Shown in pieces: positions 10,980 to 19,417 of a DNA stretch of 64,000 nt. The notes beneath the pieces are model-generated. The model saw only the letters and a program-made list of their open reading frames with translations, ran no database searches and was not told the origin of the DNA. Positions within the stretch are counted from its first letter, which is position 1, and every line of letters starts with the position of its first letter. Made by a program: the position numbers and the translations under genes. Origin of the DNA: Deltaproteobacteria bacterium (GTDB lineage Bacteria > Desulfobacterota > Deferrimicrobia > J040); contig WVXK01000062.1 of assembly GCA_011773515.1 (NCBI GenBank), forward strand, positions 68,751 to 132,750. Direction: 5' to 3'.

Positions 10980-11020
10980 CCGCCACTTCCTGTCGGTCCA
11001 GCTTTAAGTAAGATGAACCG

Positions 11021-11048
11021 AAAAAAAATAGGGTGCAGATTAAACCCT
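11021..11048 (-). terminator. probable rho-independent terminator between hsp20 and dnaJ
   Basis: Minus strand GAGGGT-ttaatctgc-ACCCT followed by U8; located 12 nt after the hsp20 stop. Short stem, so readthrough into dnaJ is likely. Confidence 0.55.
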
Positions 11049-11059
11049 CAACGCCTGGA

Positions 11060-11512
11060 TTACCCAGCGTTGATGTCTATCTTCTTGGGTCTCACCTCTT
11101 CTTTCTTCGGAAGAATGATCTCGAGGACGCCATCTTTGAACGTAGCCGATACCTTCTCCTGATCAATCTTGGAGTTCAGGGAAAAGGATCTCCTAAAGGA
11201 TCCATACTCGCGCTCCATGAGATGGAAATGCTCCTTGTCCACCTCTTTCTGATACTTCCTCTCGCCCCGTATCGTCAGGATCCCGTCCTTGACCTCGATG
11301 CTTACATCATCCCGGCCTATCCCGGGAAGCTCGGCTGTTACCATCACCTGTGAATCCGTTTCACATATATCCACAGAGGGTGACCAGACGCCTTTTCCCG
11401 GGACATCCTCCTTTTTCCGGGAGCCTCGAAATTTTTCTTCGAAGAGCCTGTTCATCCTGTCCTGAATTAGCGCAAGCTCCCTTAGAGGATCATACCACCT
11501 TACGATAGCCAT
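11060..11512 (-). CDS. small heat-shock protein (Hsp20/alpha-crystallin family)
   Basis: 150 aa; alpha-crystallin domain (AELPGIGRDDVSIEVKDGILTIRGER); AGGAGG RBS 7 nt upstream; only 27 bp downstream of dnaK. Confidence 0.9.
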   Translation of the reverse strand: MAIVRWYDPLRELALIQDRMNRLFEEKFRGSRKKEDVPGKGVWSPSVDICETDSQVMVTAELPGIGRDDVSIEVKDGILTIRGERKYQKEVDKEHFHLMEREYGSFRRSFSLNSKIDQEKVSATFKDGVLEIILPKKEEVRPKKIDINAG

Positions 11513-11539
11513 GACCTGAACCTCCTCTTGTCTTTATCG

Positions 11540-13462
11540 TCATGAACTCGACTTATCCTGATCTTCAAACTCCGCGTCGATAACATCGGAATCGCCCGCC
11601 GCTCCCTCACCGGACGGCTGAGACGCTGTCGCCTCTCCGGCTCCTTCTTCCGGCTCGGCTGTTTTTGCCTGCTTGTACATTATCTCCGCAATCTTGTGGG
11701 CCTCCTTCATCAGCTCGTCTGCAGCAGAGCGAAGGGCGTCTTCGTCATCCGACTTCAGCACTTCTTTTGCCCTGCTCAACCCATCTTCTGCTTTTGAGAC
11801 TTCATCCGGTGGCAGTTCAGAACGGTTCTCGTTCAAAGTCTTCTCTATGTTATAGATGAGGTTGTCGAGATTATTCCTGGCCTCGACGATCCTCCTTTGC
11901 TTTTTGTCCTCTTCAGAGTGAACTTCCGCTTCATCGACCATCCTCTTGATCTCCTCATCGGTTAGTCCCGTAGAGGACGTGACGGTTATCCTCTGTTCCT
12001 TGTTGGTTGCGAGGTCTTTCGCCGAAACATTGAGAATCCCGTTGGCGTCAATGTCGAAGGTCACCTCCACCTTGGGGATTCCCCTGGGTGCCGGGGGAAT
12101 ACCCTCGAGGTGAAATCGACCGAGGGTCCTGTTGGCCCTTGCCATTTCACGTTCACCCTGGAGAACGTGAATCTCCACCGATGTCTGGTTGTCGGCCGCA
12201 GTGGTAAATATCTCGCTCTTTTTGACCGGTATGGTCGTATTTCGCTCGGTAATTTTGGTCATTACGCCCCCGAGTGTCTCTATGCCGAGCGAGAGAGGAG
12301 TAACATCGAGGAGGAGAACGTCCTTGACCTCTCCGCCGAGGACGCCCGCCTGAACCGCCGCCCCGAGGGCAACGACTTCATCGGGGTTCACACCCTTGTG
12401 GGGCTCTTTTCCGAAGAAATTTTTGACCGCCTCCTGAACCTTGGGGATCCTGGTGGAGCCCCCGACGAGAATGATTTCATCGATGTCATCTCCCTTCAAG
12501 TCAGCATCGGAGAGGGCAAGCCTGCAGGGTTCAAGGGTACGCTCAACGATCTGTTCAATCATGGTTTCGAGCTTCGCCCTGGTCAATTTCATGCTGAGGT
12601 GTTTCGGTCCGGAAGCGTCTGCGGTGATAAACGGCAGGTTTATCTCCGTCTCGAGAACAGACGAGAGCTCGATCTTTGCTTTCTCGGCCGCTTCCTTCAG
12701 CCTCTGGAGAGCCATCTTGTCCTTGGACAGGTCTATTCCCTGGTCCTTCCTGAACTCCTCTATGATCCAGTCGATTACCCGCTGATCGATGTTGTCACCG
12801 CCAAGGTGCGTATCCCCGTTGGTCGCTTTCACCTCGACCACATTCTCTCCCACCTCGAGAATGGATATATCGAAGGTACCACCACCAAAATCATACACCG
12901 CTATGACCTCGTTCTTCTTCTTGTCCAGCCCGTATGCCAGTGCTGCAGCGGTGGGCTCGTTGATGATCCTCATCACCTCGAGGCCCGCGATGGTCCCGGC
13001 ATCTTTGGTTGCCTGCCGCTGCGAGTCGTTGAAGTATGCAGGAACGGTGATGACAGCTTTCTTGACCTCCTCGCCGAGATATGCCTCTGCGGCTTTTTTC
13101 AGCTTCCCCAGGACCATGGCCGATATCTGCTGTGGGGTGTAATCCTTGCCTGCAACCAGGATACGAGCGTCGTTGTTCGGCCCGCTCTGTACCTGGTACG
13201 GCACCATCTCTTTTTCTTCCTTTACCTCATCATGGCGCCGTCCCATGAATCGCTTTATCGAAAAGACGGTATTGTCCGGGTTCGTGATTGCCTGTCTTTT
13301 CGCTACCTGCCCGACAAGAACCTGCCCATCCTTTGCGAAAGCAACGACCGACGGGGTCAGCCTGGATCCCTCTTCATTGATGATGACTTTGGGCTCCCCA
13401 CCCTCCATCACCGCGACAACCGACATCGTGGTACCAAGGTCAATACCGATAATCTTTGACAT
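11540..13462 (-). CDS. dnaK: chaperone DnaK (Hsp70)
   Basis: 640 aa; [30 protein letters not shown], full NBD + SBD + lid; GGAGG RBS overlapped by the stop codon of the upstream REC gene. Confidence 0.97.
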   Translation of the reverse strand: MSKIIGIDLGTTMSVVAVMEGGEPKVIINEEGSRLTPSVVAFAKDGQVLVGQVAKRQAITNPDNTVFSIKRFMGRRHDEVKEEKEMVPYQVQSGPNNDARILVAGKDYTPQQISAMVLGKLKKAAEAYLGEEVKKAVITVPAYFNDSQRQATKDAGTIAGLEVMRIINEPTAAALAYGLDKKKNEVIAVYDFGGGTFDISILEVGENVVEVKATNGDTHLGGDNIDQRVIDWIIEEFRKDQGIDLSKDKMALQRLKEAAEKAKIELSSVLETEINLPFITADASGPKHLSMKLTRAKLETMIEQIVERTLEPCRLALSDADLKGDDIDEIILVGGSTRIPKVQEAVKNFFGKEPHKGVNPDEVVALGAAVQAGVLGGEVKDVLLLDVTPLSLGIETLGGVMTKITERNTTIPVKKSEIFTTAADNQTSVEIHVLQGEREMARANRTLGRFHLEGIPPAPRGIPKVEVTFDIDANGILNVSAKDLATNKEQRITVTSSTGLTDEEIKRMVDEAEVHSEEDKKQRRIVEARNNLDNLIYNIEKTLNENRSELPPDEVSKAEDGLSRAKEVLKSDDEDALRSAADELMKEAHKIAEIMYKQAKTAEPEEGAGEATASQPSGEGAAGDSDVIDAEFEDQDKSSS

Positions 13463-13478
13463 CGCAAACCTCCGCTCT

Positions 13479-13862
13479 TTATTTTTTGGGCGTTCTGGTA
13501 ATCAACCGTGCGATAAACCGTGAAAGTGTCTCCGGATGGAGGGGCCTGGTGACGAAACCGACGGCACCAGACTCCAGAGCCCGCGTCCACCGCTCCAGAC
13601 TCCCACTTTCAGACATAAAAACCGAGGGGATCGAAGAGGTAATGTCCAGAAGGTTCCCCAGCGGATCATATCCACCGTAGGGTATGTCATCTAGGTCTAT
13701 GAGCGCCATGGAAAACCCGCCTTTTGCCCATTTCTGCCCAAAATCGAGAAGGTCGAGGCAGACCTCGGCTTCGATACCGAAAACACCGAGTTCCTCGACG
13801 AGCTCCCTTATCTCATCTCCCATCTCTTTCCTGCCTACTATGAGCAGAACCCTCGCAAACAT
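13479..13862 (-). CDS. stand-alone atypical receiver (REC/CheY-like) domain protein
   Basis: 127 aa; CheY-like spacing with phosphoacceptor-position Asp (MALIDLDD), Ser at beta4 (VFMSESG), but the acidic Mg-binding pair after beta1 is replaced (IVGRKE) and the beta5 Lys is Arg (VTRPL). GGAGG RBS; TAA stop at 13479-13481 lies inside the dnaK RBS. Confidence 0.75.
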   Translation of the reverse strand: MFARVLLIVGRKEMGDEIRELVEELGVFGIEAEVCLDLLDFGQKWAKGGFSMALIDLDDIPYGGYDPLGNLLDITSSIPSVFMSESGSLERWTRALESGAVGFVTRPLHPETLSRFIARLITRTPKK

Positions 13863-13898
13863 TTCGAGATCCTCCAGGTATCCGCGTAGTGATAAGTT

Positions 13899-13913
13899 TC
13901 AAAAGTCATGCCA
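13899..13913 (-). promoter_or_regulatory. weak sigma-54-like -24/-12 element upstream of REC-dnaK (TGGCATG-N4-TTGA)
   Basis: Minus strand aattgTGGCATGacttTTGAaac. -24 GG present; -12 is GA rather than the consensus GC. About 25-nt leader to the REC ATG. Confidence 0.25.
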
Positions 13914-14011
13914 CAATTTGCTTTAGAAAAAAATTAACACAAGATACCGAAAAGAAATGGCTTTTACATTTTATGCCGATGATGGCAATCAGGGAAAGAC
14001 ACCGATGAGGC

Positions 14012-14044
14012 CTGCCAAAATGGCCTGGCGTGTCATTTTGGCAG
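14012..14044. promoter_or_regulatory. perfect 10-bp inverted repeat CTGCCAAAAT-N13-ATTTTGGCAG (candidate enhancer/operator)
   Basis: Seen directly; sits between the 3' end of the sigma-54 activator gene and the REC-dnaK start (~165 bp upstream of REC ATG); half-sites contain TGGCA. Confidence 0.5.
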
Positions 14045-14053
14045 ACCCTTTGC
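14038..14053 (+). promoter_or_regulatory. sigma-54-type -24/-12 motif TTGGCAG-accct-TTGC on plus strand (antisense to activator gene)
   Basis: GG-N10-GC spacing satisfied (GG 14040-41, GC 14052-53); overlaps right arm of the inverted repeat; would fire into the 3' end of the minus-strand activator gene. Confidence 0.3.
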
Positions 14054-14058
14054 CGACC

Positions 14059-15468
14059 TTACGGTAATCCGTATTCCTTGATCTTTCTGTAGAGGGTCCT
14101 CACTCCGATACCCAGCATCTTGGCCGCTTTTGTCTTGTTGTTTCCCGTTGCTTTCAAGGCTTCGATTATGGCATTTTTTTCAACCTCATCCAGCGGAATG
14201 ACCACGGCACCCCCATCGTCTTCAGCGGGGGATTCCACCCTTCCCGCGACGGGTATCGGATCCCTTCCTTCTCTGTACCGCTTTCTTTTGAGTTCGGTCG
14301 GGAGAACCTCTTTGGAGATAACCTCCCCCTCCGTGAGCAGAACCATGGATTCGATCACATTTCTCAACTCCCTCACGTTGCCCGGCCATGGGTACTGCTG
14401 AAAAACCCGCATCGCATCAGCCGAAATCCTCTTCTCCTCGAGACCGTTTTCCCTGCACAGGTTTTTTGTGAAATGGATCGCCAGGGTGGGTATATCCTCG
14501 GTTCTCTCTCTCAAAGGCGGAATATGTATCGTAAAGACGCTCAATCTGAAAAAGAGGTCTTCCCGAAACTTTTTCGACGAAACCAAGCCTCTCAGGTCAG
14601 AGTTCGTAGCGGCCACTATCCTCACGTCAACGTTGATGACCTTGCCTCCTCCGACTCTCAGGATCTCTTTCTGCTCGATTGCCCTGAGAAGCTTCGCCTG
14701 CGTCGAGAGAGTGAGGTCACCAATCTCATCGAGGAAGAGTGTCCCATCGGACGCAATTTCGAATTTTCCCTTTACCGCACCGACTGCGCCGGTGAATGCG
14801 CCTTTTTCATGGCCGAACAGTTCCGACTCAAGAATGCTTTCGGTGAGGGCGGCGCAGTTTATCGGCATAAAAAGTTTATCCTTCCGTGGGCTCATCTCGT
14901 GAATCGCACGCGCAACCAGCTCCTTCCCCGTGCCCGACTCACCGAGAATCAGGACGTTTGCCTTCGTGGGGGCGACCATGCGCACCATCTGCATTACCTT
15001 CTCCATTTCCCGCGACCGGTAGAGAATTTCACCGACTTCGGTTTTAACCAGTCTTCTCAGTGTCCCCAGCTCTTCCATCATCCCCCGAGCTCGAATCGTC
15101 TTGATCAGGACACCTTTCAGCTCTTCCATGTCAATGGGTTTTTGAAGGTAATCCGTCGCCCCTTCTTTGATTGCGTGGACTGCATTTCCGATCGTCCCGA
15201 AAGCCGTGAGGACGATTACCGGAGCGTGAGGATGGGCCTCTTTCACTTTCCTGATTACTTCCATGCCGTCTAAACCCGGCATTTTCATGTCTGTTATGAT
15301 TATGTCGCCCCCGGAATCATCGATGCGGGAGATAAACTCCAGGGGGGAATTGAAAAGCCTCACCTCGAAACCCAGGTTCGTAAGTGCCCTCCCGATGCTC
15401 GTGAGATTTTCTTTGTCATCATCGATAACCGTTACGCTTTTTCCGGAAAATTCCGGGAGCGATTTCAT
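14059..15468 (-). CDS. sigma-54-dependent response regulator (NtrC family: REC + AAA sigma-54 activator + Fis-type HTH)
   Basis: Track ORF extends to 15711 (alt start); true start ATG 15466-15468 (MKSLPEFSGKSVTVIDDDKEN) with GGAGG RBS. Canonical REC (DDD, D in IITDMKMPG, T, K); GESGTGKE Walker A, GAFTGA sigma-54 contact motif; C-terminal HTH AAKMLGIGVRTLYRKIKEYGL. Confidence 0.93.
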   Translation of the reverse strand: MKSLPEFSGKSVTVIDDDKENLTSIGRALTNLGFEVRLFNSPLEFISRIDDSGGDIIITDMKMPGLDGMEVIRKVKEAHPHAPVIVLTAFGTIGNAVHAIKEGATDYLQKPIDMEELKGVLIKTIRARGMMEELGTLRRLVKTEVGEILYRSREMEKVMQMVRMVAPTKANVLILGESGTGKELVARAIHEMSPRKDKLFMPINCAALTESILESELFGHEKGAFTGAVGAVKGKFEIASDGTLFLDEIGDLTLSTQAKLLRAIEQKEILRVGGGKVINVDVRIVAATNSDLRGLVSSKKFREDLFFRLSVFTIHIPPLRERTEDIPTLAIHFTKNLCRENGLEEKRISADAMRVFQQYPWPGNVRELRNVIESMVLLTEGEVISKEVLPTELKRKRYREGRDPIPVAGRVESPAEDDGGAVVIPLDEVEKNAIIEALKATGNNKTKAAKMLGIGVRTLYRKIKEYGLP

Positions 15469-16226
15469 TTCACAACCTCCGGAAGGTACCGCCCCCTCTG
15501 TTTCTTCGCCAACACCTCCCGGAAACTTTCCTCCGGAAGGAAAGAGAGGGTAAACTCCGTCCCCTTTCTCTTCCTGCTCCTTATGCGTACCTTGCCGTGA
15601 TGCTCCCTCATTATCCTCTTCACTATCGGCAAACCCAACCCGCTCCCTTCGGTCTTGGTCGTGTAAAACACCGAGAACACTTTTCCCCTGTCCTTCCTTT
15701 CGATCCCGCAACCGTTGTCCTTGACCTTTACGAAATAGAAATTCTCCTCTTTTCCCGTTGTCACCCTGATCGTCTTGTCCTCCTTGTCAAGCGATTCCGC
15801 AGCGTTTAAAAGCACGTTCAAAAGAGCCTGTTTCACCATTTTTTCATCGACGAGAACAGGAAAAGGAGCCTCGTCGGGCAAGTATCGCACCTTAATGTCC
15901 CTGCCACGAAAGTCGACCTCCACGAACCGGACCACTTCCTCGACAACCCTGTTTAGGTCAGTAACGACAAACTCCGGCTTCTTCGGGCGGGTCAGCCGCA
16001 AAAATTCCGAAACGATGTCGTTGAGCCTGTTCAAAACTCGAAGATTCGAGTCGATGATCTCCTGCATTTCTCCTTTCTTTTCAAACCACTCAGGCAGAAG
16101 AAACGTATATTCCGAGAGAAGCTGATTATTGATGCTCAGCGCATTGAGCGGATTTCGAATCTCATGGGCAATGCCGGACAGAGCCGATTCGAGCTCTTCC
16201 TGGGAAACTTTTTTTTTCCGGGCCAT
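15465..16226 (-). CDS. cytoplasmic histidine kinase lacking any sensor/TM domain (HisKA + HATPase_c only)
   Basis: 253 aa; H-box GIAHEIRNPLNAL begins ~17 aa from the N-terminus; G-boxes DNGCGIE, GSGLGLPIVKRIM. 4-nt overlap (ATGA) with the activator gene. Confidence 0.9.
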   Translation of the reverse strand: MARKKKVSQEELESALSGIAHEIRNPLNALSINNQLLSEYTFLLPEWFEKKGEMQEIIDSNLRVLNRLNDIVSEFLRLTRPKKPEFVVTDLNRVVEEVVRFVEVDFRGRDIKVRYLPDEAPFPVLVDEKMVKQALLNVLLNAAESLDKEDKTIRVTTGKEENFYFVKVKDNGCGIERKDRGKVFSVFYTTKTEGSGLGLPIVKRIMREHHGKVRIRSRKRKGTEFTLSFLPEESFREVLAKKQRGRYLPEVVK

Positions 16227-16270
16227 CAGGCCTCTCCGTATAGATCTCAGTTACCTTAAGGATATATTTT

Positions 16271-16639
16271 TCAAGGATTATTTTCAATCAGGTGGGGGAT
16301 AAAAACATTTTTGATATCGGGAAGATAAATCTTTTCAGCGGGCGTTTCAAGGACCAGTCTCGCTCCTTTTACCGGCAATATAATCCTGTTCGGAGGGATG
16401 TTCCTGATTATCTTCACCACCTCCCCGCTGGATGACACGAAGAAAGCATCTATCCTGAATCTCATGAAAAACGTGTGGATCGAACTGCAGGGAAACAGAA
16501 TCACCGGTTCCCCTACCGTGTGAACTTTCCTGAATGCAAGACCGAAAAACCTCTCAAGGAAAGAGTCAAGAAGACGCGCTTCGACGACCAGGTCCCCCAT
16601 TGAAGAACGGGCCTCTACCGTGACTCTCCCACCGGCCAT
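16271..16639 (-). CDS. DUF192 (COG1430) family protein
   Basis: Track ORF 16271..16741; internal ATG at 16637-39 (MAGGRVTVEAR) chosen because the upstream lipoprotein gene ends at 16662. DUF192-like core (LERFFGLAFR...GEPVILFPCSSIHTFFMRFRIDAFFV). Start uncertain. Confidence 0.65.
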   Translation of the reverse strand: MAGGRVTVEARSSMGDLVVEARLLDSFLERFFGLAFRKVHTVGEPVILFPCSSIHTFFMRFRIDAFFVSSSGEVVKIIRNIPPNRIILPVKGARLVLETPAEKIYLPDIKNVFIPHLIENNP

Positions 16640-16661
16640 ACCAGCCCCCGACTGCGGTCGT

Positions 16662-17201
16662 TCAGAAATAGGTTGCCTCGATGAAGGGAACGAGACCGGT
16701 TCCCAGGTTATCCCCGCCGTCCTCGAGAAAAACGGCTCCATCCCTGGCTTCGAGGCTGATCTGAAAACGGTCCCCCCTTCCCTCCAGCGCGTCGATCAGA
16801 ATATCCGTCACATCGAGAAAGACATAGCTCATCTCATCGGACAGGAAAATCTCGAAGCTTCCCGCGTAGATACCGGACCCCTGGAAGATATCTATCACCA
16901 GCGAGTCTTCAGGAGCAAAGACAGAGTGAACACCGATGAACAGGAAAGCATGCGAAATGAAAGCATGGGGGGGGATGGCGTGAAGGGGGAAGGAAAAAAA
17001 CCCCGTTGAAAAATGACTCTCTACGAGTATCCCGTCGTGAAGGAATATACCCTCGGTATCCACATATCCATCTTCCGAATCGATGCTGACAAGTTCAACG
17101 ACCACGCCATCATCACCATCGAACAGAAACGACCCCTCAACATTGCAGCCGGCAAGCAGAAGGAGCAACGCAACGGGCCCAAGCATCTTTTTCATCTTCA
17201 T
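16662..17201 (-). CDS. acidic lipoprotein of unknown function
   Basis: Track ORF to 17261 (TTG). Likely start MKMKKMLGPVALLLLLAGC (lipobox LAGC) with GGAGG RBS; mature part is Asp/Glu-rich (DGDDGVVVELVSIDSEDGYVDTEG). Coordinates may be off by 1 nt (my line counting disagreed with the track by one base here). Confidence 0.6.
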   Translation of the reverse strand: MKMKKMLGPVALLLLLAGCNVEGSFLFDGDDGVVVELVSIDSEDGYVDTEGIFLHDGILVESHFSTGFFSFPLHAIPPHAFISHAFLFIGVHSVFAPEDSLVIDIFQGSGIYAGSFEIFLSDEMSYVFLDVTDILIDALEGRGDRFQISLEARDGAVFLEDGGDNLGTGLVPFIEATYF

Positions 17202-17353
17202 AGCCCTGACCTCCATGAAAGAGAAGACGGCACGGGCGAAAGCTATATTCACTGAGGGCAACTATATGGTAGCGTATGGCTGGGTGTTATACTATATGCT
17301 GATATGTGCCTTTTTGCTTCACGTGCCACTGAACACATAAGCAGACGGAACGG

Positions 17354-19417
17354 GTGCGGATGCTCACAGGAAAAATAAGAATCGCCGCAATCACCTTGAC
17401 CTGCCTGGCTGCCGGCATGTTTTGCGGAATCCTCTTTGTCTACTTTTCCGGGCCTTTCCCCGATGTGTCGGTGCTGAAGGAATATCGTCCCTACAACGCC
17501 ACGAAAGTGTACGACAAAGACGGCAGAAACATAGCCGAATTTGCCATTGAGCAGAGAACAACCATTCCCCTCGAAGAGATACCGGAGCTCATCAAAAAAG
17601 CCTTCATCGCAGCCGAGGACTCCAAGTTTTACATGCACGGCGGGATAGACCTTTCAGGCATCATGCGCGCCCTCATCAAGAATATCCAAAAATTCAAATT
17701 CTCCCAGGGAGGTTCGACCATCACGCAGCAACTCGTAAAGCTCCTCTACCTGACGCCCGAGAAAAGCATCCGGAGAAAAATCCTCGAGATACTGCTGGCG
17801 ATAAAGGTTGACAATAACCTATCGAAAGACGAGATCCTCGGCCTTTATCTGAACCAGATCTACCTCGGAGAGGGACAGTACGGCGTGAATGCCGCTGCGA
17901 GGACTTACTTCGGGAAGGATCCCGGTGAGCTCACCCTTGGCGAAATAGCCCTCATCGCGGGGCTCCCAAAATCACCCGGTTACTATTCCCCCCGGACTCA
18001 TCCTGAAAGATCCCTCATGCGACGCAGGTACGTCCTCGAACGGATGGTGGACGAGGATTACATAACACAGGAAGATGCCATACTTGCAGCTCTCGAACCG
18101 GTAACGCTCGTTGCGAAAAAGGACAGGTCGACGGGATCTTACTTCGTCGAGTACGTAAGAAGGTACCTCCATGAGAAATATGGTTACGATGTTCTCTACA
18201 AGGGGGGGCTGCAGGTCTACACCACCATGGACAGGGAACTCCAGGAGGTGGCGGAAACGAGCCTGCGCGAGTGGATCGAGGAACTCGAACCAACCATAGA
18301 AAAAAAGAAACGTGATACCGGGCAGGCAGAGATAGAAAAAATCGAAATAGCAGATGAAAGCGGAGATCAGGAGGCAAAGGAGGTCGAACTCCAGGGCGCG
18401 CTTCTGGCGATCGACATCACAAACGGGGAGGTCCTCTCCATAGTTGGGGGCAGGGACTTCTCCCGCTCCCAGTTCAACCGGGCGATCCAGTCCAGGAGGC
18501 AACCGGGTTCGGCTTTCAAACCGGTCATATACGCAGCAGCAATTGATTCGGGCTACACCCCCGCAGACAGGATTGGGGACAATCCCGTGGAATATGTGAA
18601 AAACGAAAAGGAGAACTGGAAACCGACAAACTATGACGAAAAATTCCTCGGCGACATAACCCTCAGGGAGGCGCTTGCCAGATCCAGAAATCTGGCTACC
18701 GTGAGGCTTCTGGAAAAGATTGGCATACAGAAAGCCATTTCGATGGCAAGGACCCTGGGTATCGATTCAAACATACCCGGTGACCTCTCCATAGCACTCG
18801 GCAGCCTCTCACTCTCCCTGATTGACTTATGCCAGGCATACGCAGCCATAGGAAATCTCGGGAAGCAGCCAGAACCCCTCTATATCAGGGAGGTCAGGGA
18901 CATGGGCGGGGAAATACTCGAGAGCAACAAACCCACCCTCACACAAGTATTATCTCCAGAAACGTCGTATATAATGACATACATGCTTCAATCAGTCATC
19001 AGGGATGGAACGGGAAGAAAGGCGAAGTTTCTGGGAACGAATCTTTCGGGGAAAACGGGGACCACGAACGACTACATCGATGCCTGGTTCATCGGTTTTT
19101 CGCCGAGAGTTCTCGCCGGAGTTTGGGTCGGGTTCGACAACCCCATAACCATGGGAAAGGGGAAAACGGGGGCCGTTGCAGCCCTTCCAATCTGGATACG
19201 ATACATGAAAAAGGCGATACGGAAGTATCCCGCCTCCCAGTTCGATCTCGCACCGGGAATCGTGTTTGCAAAAGTCGACCCCAAAAGCGGGTTGAGGGTT
19301 GGCAAAGATAAGAGGGGAATAATGGTACCATTCAGGCTGGGAACCACGCCACCCTGGCTCCAGCCGGAGGTGAAAATGCGGGAGGAGAAGAAAAAATTTC
19401 TGGACGACATTTTATGA
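17354..19417 (+). CDS. mrcA: penicillin-binding protein 1A (bifunctional transglycosylase/transpeptidase)
   Basis: 687 aa; TM anchor; GT51 motifs EDSKFYMHGGID, GGSTITQQL; transpeptidase SAFKP, SGKTGTT. GTG at 17354 or ATG at 17360. Confidence 0.92.
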   Translation: MRMLTGKIRIAAITLTCLAAGMFCGILFVYFSGPFPDVSVLKEYRPYNATKVYDKDGRNIAEFAIEQRTTIPLEEIPELIKKAFIAAEDSKFYMHGGIDLSGIMRALIKNIQKFKFSQGGSTITQQLVKLLYLTPEKSIRRKILEILLAIKVDNNLSKDEILGLYLNQIYLGEGQYGVNAAARTYFGKDPGELTLGEIALIAGLPKSPGYYSPRTHPERSLMRRRYVLERMVDEDYITQEDAILAALEPVTLVAKKDRSTGSYFVEYVRRYLHEKYGYDVLYKGGLQVYTTMDRELQEVAETSLREWIEELEPTIEKKKRDTGQAEIEKIEIADESGDQEAKEVELQGALLAIDITNGEVLSIVGGRDFSRSQFNRAIQSRRQPGSAFKPVIYAAAIDSGYTPADRIGDNPVEYVKNEKENWKPTNYDEKFLGDITLREALARSRNLATVRLLEKIGIQKAISMARTLGIDSNIPGDLSIALGSLSLSLIDLCQAYAAIGNLGKQPEPLYIREVRDMGGEILESNKPTLTQVLSPETSYIMTYMLQSVIRDGTGRKAKFLGTNLSGKTGTTNDYIDAWFIGFSPRVLAGVWVGFDNPITMGKGKTGAVAALPIWIRYMKKAIRKYPASQFDLAPGIVFAKVDPKSGLRVGKDKRGIMVPFRLGTTPPWLQPEVKMREEKKKFLDDIL

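Noticed and set aside
12110-13459. 449-aa plus-strand ORF
   Set aside because: Antisense to dnaK; shadow ORF.
13863-14058. CIRCE (HrcA) or HAIR (HspR) operator upstream of dnaK, dnaJ, clpB
   Set aside because: Looked for TTAGCACTC-N9-GAGTGCTAA and CTTGAGT-N7-ACTCAAG in these upstream regions by eye and did not find them; absence is by visual inspection only.
15469-15711. N-terminal 81-aa extension of the sigma-54 activator ORF in the track (also clpB 4650..4814, aroA' 33217..33252, pgpA 50209..50292, MPE 23081..23167)
   Set aside because: Track ORFs start at the most upstream ATG/GTG/TTG; internal ATGs with GGAGG-type RBS and homology-consistent N-termini were preferred. The extensions would overlap upstream genes.
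16662-17261. Lipoprotein ORF coordinates from the track (TTG at 17259-17261)
   Set aside because: Hand-indexing put the TTG at 17260-17262, a 1-nt disagreement probably from my own counting across lines. I kept the track frame and moved the start to the internal Met of the lipoprotein signal peptide.
17262-17353. TGGCAC sigma-54 -24-like hexamer upstream of the lipoprotein/DUF192/kinase operon
   Set aside because: On the relevant (minus) strand it reads TGGCAC-GTGAA-GCAAA. No GC at the -12 position with GG-N10-GC spacing, so it is not a credible sigma-54 promoter.
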